Source: Promethearchaeota archaeon
Lineage (GTDB): Archaea; Asgardarchaeota; Thorarchaeia; Thorarchaeales; Thorarchaeaceae
Reading direction: 5' to 3'
DNA length: 64,000 nucleotides
Assembly: GCA_048939765.1 (NCBI GenBank)
Contig: JBHLPF010000020.1
Span: forward strand, 1 to 64,000
The notes below the pieces were generated by a model. The model was not told the DNA's origin. It saw only the letters and a program-made list of their open reading frames with translations, and did not search any database. Of the stretch, positions 59,234-64,000 are shown piece after piece; position 1 is the first letter of the stretch, and the number at the start of each line of letters is the position of its first letter. Both the position numbers and the translations under genes were made by a program.

Positions 59234-59395
59234 CTATGAAAGTGAGAGTTTGGATGATTCTGTTGCGTGTCGAGTTATTTCAAGATTGCATGATTTGTGT
59301 TTGATACACCATTGCTCACATTTCTTTGCCCAGTCTTCATCTTCATACATCAGATGACATTCCTCACATTCATAGAGCCCGTAAATTTCCTTCAC
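59234..59395 (-). CDS. Small Cys-rich putative metal-binding protein (53 aa), not in the ORF track
   Basis: MKEIYGLYECEECHLMYEDEDWAKKCEQWCIKHKSCNLEITRHATESSKLSLS; paralog of 9854-10015. Confidence 0.8.
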   Translation of the reverse strand: MKEIYGLYECEECHLMYEDEDWAKKCEQWCIKHKSCNLEITRHATESSKLSLS

Positions 59396-59461
59396 GGTCT
59401 AAGGTTTCACTTAGTTAATTATCTCTGTTATGGTAGGGGAGTTTGAGTGATTCACCGATCA

Positions 59462-59541
59462 GAAATGAAAGGGCACTCAGCAATGTGAGAAGGGCATTTC
59501 CCCAATACTCTATCTCACCGCCATCTACACTTCTCTCTACC
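59462..59541 (-). repeat. Dispersed repeat, copy D
   Basis: Abuts the arsR stop codon at 59542. Confidence 0.9.
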
Positions 59542-59838
59542 CTATGGACTGACCATCTCTTGAGCAAGCCTACGTGTCTGCTCTATCATTCTCTCAACTC
59601 TCTTATCGCTAATTCTGTAGAGTTTCCTGACACCATCCTTTCGTACGTGAAGTATTCCAGCTCTGACCATTTGAGTCAGATAAGCAGAAACTGTGGATTG
59701 AGACAGACCAATTCGCGGAAATATATCACATTGACATTGCTCACCGTCCAAGAGAAAGTCAACGATATCTAGCCGAACAGGGTTGCCAAGCGCTTTGTGA
59801 AATTCCACTCTCCATTTATTCTCCTTATTCATGTTCAT
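59542..59838 (-). CDS. arsR: ArsR/SmtB family regulator
   Basis: KALGNPVRLDI, EQCQCD, SQSTVS. Confidence 0.85.
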   Translation of the reverse strand: MNMNKENKWRVEFHKALGNPVRLDIVDFLLDGEQCQCDIFPRIGLSQSTVSAYLTQMVRAGILHVRKDGVRKLYRISDKRVERMIEQTRRLAQEMVSP

Positions 59839-59911
59839 CCGGTATCTCTCTCCATATCTTCATTCCAGCATGTCACCGCCAATAAACCGCTTTGGCTTGA
59901 CTTATTCGAAA

Positions 59912-61003
59912 CTACATAGGTTTTCCTTTCCAATAGTTTCTTCTTTGCAGGTACTTACCCAGGTAAACAATACCTAGCATCACTGGAACTTCCCAAAACA
60001 GTCCCATTGTAGTCCCTAGCGCAGCAATGGATCCAACGCCATAAATTGCGATTGCTGTCGCTATAGCAATCTCAAAATGACTTGAAGAGCCAATGATGAC
60101 AGTAATCACACCTTCTCGGTATGCGAGACCTGCTATTCGAGTCACTAAAAGATTATAGCCAACCACTATGGCAAATCCAATCAAGAGCGGGACTGATACA
60201 AGAACTAGGAGATCGGGATTATCCAGCATGACTCTCCCGTTCAAGGAGAAGAGTACCACAAGAGTGGTCAGGAGAGCTACTAAAGCCAATTTGCCTACAG
60301 CTGGGCGATACTTCTCATTGAACCAATCTATCCCTTTCCAAGGTACAAGTGATTTCCTGGTAATGATTCCGAGCATCAGGGGTATTCCTATGAATACAAG
60401 TACTGAAACAAACAACGCCCATCGATCAATAGGTATGGCCGAGATGCCTGTGAATAGTGCAACAATAGGTGCATAGAGGACTATTATTGTGGCTGTGTTC
60501 AAGGTTGTATTGACAACGTTTTGCTCCTGATTTCCTTCAGCCAAATAGCCCCAGACTAGAACCATAGCTGTGCAGGGACTTGACGAAAGCAGAATTATGG
60601 CTACTATCAGTTGTGCGTTTCCAGCCAAAAAGAGGTTCGCAAGAACAAATCCAACAATGGGGGCAATAATCCAATTCGAAAATAGTGTAAGAATGATTGG
60701 CCTTGGGTTTTTGCCGAGCTTCTTCAACTCGGAGGCTTGAATGTTGAGCATTGCTGGGTACATCATGAGGAAAAGGCAAATTCCGATTGGCACCGAGATA
60801 TTGCCAAGTTTCCATGAATCAATCGCTTCTCCTATGCCCGGTATGGTCAATGAAAGGAGAATTCCAGCAATCATGCAGATTGCAACCCAGAGGGGGAGAT
60901 ACTTCTCAAAGGTGCTAAGTTCTCTCTCTGGTTCAACCAGCTCTTCGACACTGGTATGAGGGACTGACTCATGTTGAATGTCCTCGTTCATATTTCGCAC
61001 CAA
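59912..61003 (-). CDS. acr3: ACR3 family arsenite efflux pump
   Basis: FEKYLPLWV, MMYP, NW, PCTAMV, FEIAIA, EVPVML. Confidence 0.92.
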   Translation of the reverse strand: MVRNMNEDIQHESVPHTSVEELVEPERELSTFEKYLPLWVAICMIAGILLSLTIPGIGEAIDSWKLGNISVPIGICLFLMMYPAMLNIQASELKKLGKNPRPIILTLFSNWIIAPIVGFVLANLFLAGNAQLIVAIILLSSSPCTAMVLVWGYLAEGNQEQNVVNTTLNTATIIVLYAPIVALFTGISAIPIDRWALFVSVLVFIGIPLMLGIITRKSLVPWKGIDWFNEKYRPAVGKLALVALLTTLVVLFSLNGRVMLDNPDLLVLVSVPLLIGFAIVVGYNLLVTRIAGLAYREGVITVIIGSSSHFEIAIATAIAIYGVGSIAALGTTMGLFWEVPVMLGIVYLGKYLQRRNYWKGKPM

Positions 61004-61021
61004 TCCCTGTGAGTGAGTTTC

Positions 61022-61037
61022 ATCGAATAATCTCGAT
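61022..61037. promoter_or_regulatory. Inverted repeat next to the TATA box of acr3-arsR (putative ArsR operator)
   Basis: ATCGA-ataatc-TCGAT adjacent to minus-strand TTTATATA. Confidence 0.5.
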
Positions 61038-61117
61038 ATATAAATAAATGGACTGGATTGTTAGTTGTGAAACTATATGGCAATATTTCGGTTGCCACGC
61101 TAACACCAACCTGCTGC

Positions 61118-61197
61118 AAAATGAAAGGGTGCTCAGCAATGTGAAATGGGCATTTCCCCAATACTCTATCTCACCGCCGCCTCTACTTCTCTCTACC
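61118..61197 (-). repeat. Dispersed repeat, copy E
   Basis: About 9 differences from copy D over 80 nt. Confidence 0.9.
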
Positions 61198-61234
61198 TTA
61201 GAAGGTGATTTTCATTCTGGTCTTTGCTCATGCT

Positions 61235-62371
61235 TTAATCATTTTTCAAATTGTGTGGATAGCTGGTCAATACTAGAGGCTTATCTTTTCCTATAACAAC
61301 CGTATCTTCCAACCTTACTCCCCATTGCTTCGTATAGATTCCGCAATTGCCGATAGCAATAGGTGTGTTCTCAGCAAGAGGAGGTGGGGCCTTTTCGCCA
61401 TGGAAGAATGCATGACCAGGAGGCAATGGAGCTTCTTCGAAATTAATCCCTATTCCATGTATGGGAGGGCCAAAGATATTCTCTCCATAGCCAGCGTCCT
61501 GAATAACATTATGGAGTGTATTTTCAAGCTCTACCATTCCCACTCCTGCGACTGATTTTGTAGTTGTCTTCAGCAATGCTTCCAAATATACATCATATGC
61601 CTTGACCTGTTCAGCGGTTGGTTCTCCAATATAGGCTATTCGGCAGATATCAGATGAATAATTGTTTACAATGGGATGAAGATCAATTAAAATGACATCT
61701 CCATCTTGCACTTTGCGATTTGTTGGAATGCCATGGGCGATTCGTGTCCGCACCCCACTCGCCACATAGGATCGCCAAAACCCTTCGGCACCAGCCTGAC
61801 GCATGGCATATTCACCTTCTCCTGCAATCTGGCTCTCGGTCATTCCAACCTCTACTGAAGTCATTGCGGCCTCCATTCCTACATCAGCAACTCTCCCTGC
61901 TTCTTTCATCAATTCTATCTCGAAAGAATCTTTCACTGTCCTCAGTTTAGAGAGAATATTCGTGCAATCTGCGACTGTCACAGCCTTCGGCTTTGCATGG
62001 GGATGTGTCAACATCTTCATCATTGAACTGGTTAGGAATGTGTGTTCCAATCCAACAACACCCTTACTCACTCCAAACTGTCTGAAGAAGTCTGCAATCG
62101 AATGGATCATTCCTACTTCATCCTCGAAGGACAAGATGTGGTCAAAATGTGCTAGATCGGTCACATCCTCGATATCTGTTTGTGGAACTCCCATTGCAAC
62201 CTGTTTGTCACTGTTAATCATTGTAAAGGCACATAGACGCCCATCTCCAGTGAAGTAATACATGTTTGAAGGCTTTGTTAACAATAGGACATCTAGTCCC
62301 TCCTTCTCCATAGCTCTAGCACAATTATCAACACGTTGGTCGAAAATGCTCCTATCCATACTGGCTTTCAA
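61235..62371 (-). CDS. M24 (Xaa-Pro) peptidase family protein
   Basis: R-x-V-K...EI, H, D...YSSD, HGIG, GVRLED; the usual metal-ligand Glu region reads IGN. Confidence 0.82.
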   Translation of the reverse strand: MKASMDRSIFDQRVDNCARAMEKEGLDVLLLTKPSNMYYFTGDGRLCAFTMINSDKQVAMGVPQTDIEDVTDLAHFDHILSFEDEVGMIHSIADFFRQFGVSKGVVGLEHTFLTSSMMKMLTHPHAKPKAVTVADCTNILSKLRTVKDSFEIELMKEAGRVADVGMEAAMTSVEVGMTESQIAGEGEYAMRQAGAEGFWRSYVASGVRTRIAHGIPTNRKVQDGDVILIDLHPIVNNYSSDICRIAYIGEPTAEQVKAYDVYLEALLKTTTKSVAGVGMVELENTLHNVIQDAGYGENIFGPPIHGIGINFEEAPLPPGHAFFHGEKAPPPLAENTPIAIGNCGIYTKQWGVRLEDTVVIGKDKPLVLTSYPHNLKND

Positions 62372-62597
62372 TTCTAGTCACCTGGCTCTCCAAATCATGC
62401 ACTTGAAAAACCCGGCTCATAAGTCTAATCACCAACTAGCCCAGACCCATAATGATGTTACAGGATCCTCGACTCCCTTCTATTAGCCGATCCAAGACTG
62501 CCTAGGTGGATGCAAGGATATCCTCATTGAAGTAGTTCATAATAGGAATCTACTGATTCACAAGAGGATTGGCATTCAATTTGATATAATAGGTTTG

Positions 62598-62675
62598 GAA
62601 AATGAAAGGGTGCTCAGCAATGTGAGATGGGCATTTCCCCAATACTTTATCTCACCGCCGCCGCTTCTCTCTGCC
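62598..62675 (-). repeat. Dispersed repeat, copy F
   Basis: 7 bp downstream of the GNAT stop; 3-nt deletion relative to copy E. Confidence 0.9.
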
Positions 62676-62682
62676 TGCAGAG

Positions 62683-63183
62683 CTAGAGATGTTTCTCCAT
62701 CCAGACATCAAAACCCCAAGGATTTCGAACCCTATATGCCAGTGTGTATCCTAGCTTCTGGTAAAAGCTAATAGCCCACTCTGCACCATTATCTGTGACC
62801 AATCTCACCTTTCTGAACCCCATTTCCCTCGCCACAGTTTCCAAGTGAAGAACAAGGGCTGTTCCTATCCCTCGCCTCTGATACTCTGGCAATACATAGA
62901 CCCATCGAATTCGGCTGTTCATATCATCCTCGATACTTAGTGCTGCCACTGCTACGACCTGCTTCTGGTGTCTATGCACATAGAATGTCATTTTCTCCAG
63001 AAATGCATCCAGCTCTTCTTGGGTTAGAATAGGTTCTTTGAAGTATGGCTTCGGGATTATCCGACCAAACGCTTCCCAATTGGCCCTATTAATCACAAGT
63101 AGTATATTCTGGAGATCCTCTGATTTTGCCTTTTCAATCCTAATGCTTGATTCATTCAAGCCAATCCACACTAACAAATACAC
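62683..63183 (-). CDS. GNAT acetyltransferase
   Basis: VYVLPEYQRRGIG, AISFYQKLGY. Confidence 0.9.
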   Translation of the reverse strand: MYLLVWIGLNESSIRIEKAKSEDLQNILLVINRANWEAFGRIIPKPYFKEPILTQEELDAFLEKMTFYVHRHQKQVVAVAALSIEDDMNSRIRWVYVLPEYQRRGIGTALVLHLETVAREMGFRKVRLVTDNGAEWAISFYQKLGYTLAYRVRNPWGFDVWMEKHL

Positions 63184-63256
63184 ATTGTGGGTTTTGAATT
63201 ATGGGTTTTCATCTCTTCACTGCAGTCTTCGTTTCAGAGGAAAGCTCATGAATTTA

Positions 63257-63290
63257 GAAAATGAAGGGTGCTCAGCAATGGGTAATCCCC
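63257..63290 (-). repeat. Dispersed repeat, truncated copy G
   Basis: GAAAATGAAGGGTGCTCAGCAATGGGTAATCCCC. Confidence 0.7.
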
Positions 63291-63385
63291 TGTTTGAAAT
63301 CCAAAGCACCGGAAATTTATTGTACAGAACAGTCAGGTTGGTTTCAACTAGATTTCATCAGTATTTGCCATTTGGGGGAATTTTA

Positions 63386-64000
63386 ATGCAACTGAATAAG
63401 ACAGATGAAAATTGGTTATTGTCATCAGTGAAAAAAGCTTGGCAAGTAGCTAGACACAATGCTTCGAAAGGTAATATTTGGACAGAGAGGGACCTCATTT
63501 GTTTATTTTATGGAGGAATGCGAGAACTCGTGGAGCAGAGAGTAGATAATCCAATAAACACTCTTGGAGATATGCGCCTCTATACAGAAGTCATCATCTA
63601 CCCAAAGAACCCAAAATACCGGGGAGAGAATAGAAAGCTGGATTTGATATTGGCACAGGTTTCTTCCGCAAAAATACCACAACCAAAAGCTATCATCGCA
63701 GCATTGGAATTCAAATTCGCTTGGGATTATGGAAGGGCCAATATTGAAAAAAAAGTAAGAAAAGACATATGGAAATTATCTGATGGGAATGAGGATTGGA
63801 CAATTTGGGGTATTGACAAGCATTCTGCAAGAACTGATTATGTGTTCTTTGGACTTGTGGCAGACAATTGGAAAGAGCATATTCACGGGAGTGCAATAAA
63901 TCCCTATCAAGATGGAATTCTCCACCCAAATGGAGTTGCCTATTATTCAAAAAAAGGATTAAACGAAAACCCGGTCCCAAGTATCTCAGACAAGAAAGCA
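63386..64000 (+). CDS. PD-(D/E)xK nuclease-like protein, open at the window end, not in the ORF track
   Basis: TERDL...E...KLDLIL...ALEFK...KDIWKL; AT-rich. Confidence 0.6.
   Translation, partial: MQLNKTDENWLLSSVKKAWQVARHNASKGNIWTERDLICLFYGGMRELVEQRVDNPINTLGDMRLYTEVIIYPKNPKYRGENRKLDLILAQVSSAKIPQPKAIIAALEFKFAWDYGRANIEKKVRKDIWKLSDGNEDWTIWGIDKHSARTDYVFFGLVADNWKEHIHGSAINPYQDGILHPNGVAYYSKKGLNENPVPSISDKKA

Noticed and set aside
56512-61296. Short ORFs 56512-56724, 59443-59772 and 61048-61296 sharing 'ERVLSNV...PQYSISPP'
   Set aside because: The similarity is confined to the DNA repeat and the flanks are unrelated; these are translations of the repeat rather than a protein family
56536-63290. Dispersed repeat as a CRISPR array or canonical integron attC
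   Set aside because: The spacing is gene-sized, there are no cas genes, the ends lack the RYYYAAC...GTTRRRY arrangement and no intI is in the window
1-64000. tRNA, rRNA, transposase or integrase genes
   Set aside because: None recognised by eye; tRNAscan-SE and Infernal runs would be needed to exclude them

Overview
Archaeal chromosomal window, most likely Asgard (Thorarchaeota-like). This is inferred from a Rab-like small GTPase, archaeal cdhAB, multiple hdrABC/mvhD genes and GGAGG/GAGGTGA ribosome-binding sites. Contents in order: larB, PRTase, acyl-CoA synthetase, MoeB/E1, an orphan DNA methyltransferase, Mo/W-cofactor genes plus tupABC, larE, a Rab-like GTPase with a coiled-coil tail, Mrp flanked by stand-alone Lrp ligand-binding domains, an 8-gene hdrCB-hdrA-hdrA/mvhD-Fd/mvhD-hdrA-hdrCB cluster, an RHH/PARP-zinc-finger module, cdhAB, an Mtd fusion, a wHTH-HdrA-MvhD plus divergent [NiFe]-hydrogenase operon, and an accessory tail (MFS, YdeI, ABC, arsR/acr3, peptidase, GNAT, nuclease). 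Best candidates for undescribed biology: (1) a DNA-binding HdrA-MvhD fused to a winged HTH, encoded with an atypical hydrogenase and bracketed by its own palindrome (a putative H2/redox-sensing transcription complex); (2) a same-orientation ~78-bp structured repeat (7 copies) that punctuates accessory genes like cassettes; (3) an unannotated pair of micro-ORFs, one poly-acidic with Trp repeats and one histone-H1-like Lys/Ala/Pro peptide; (4) several operator families visible directly in the sequence. All protein assignments come from motif recognition by eye, not database searches.
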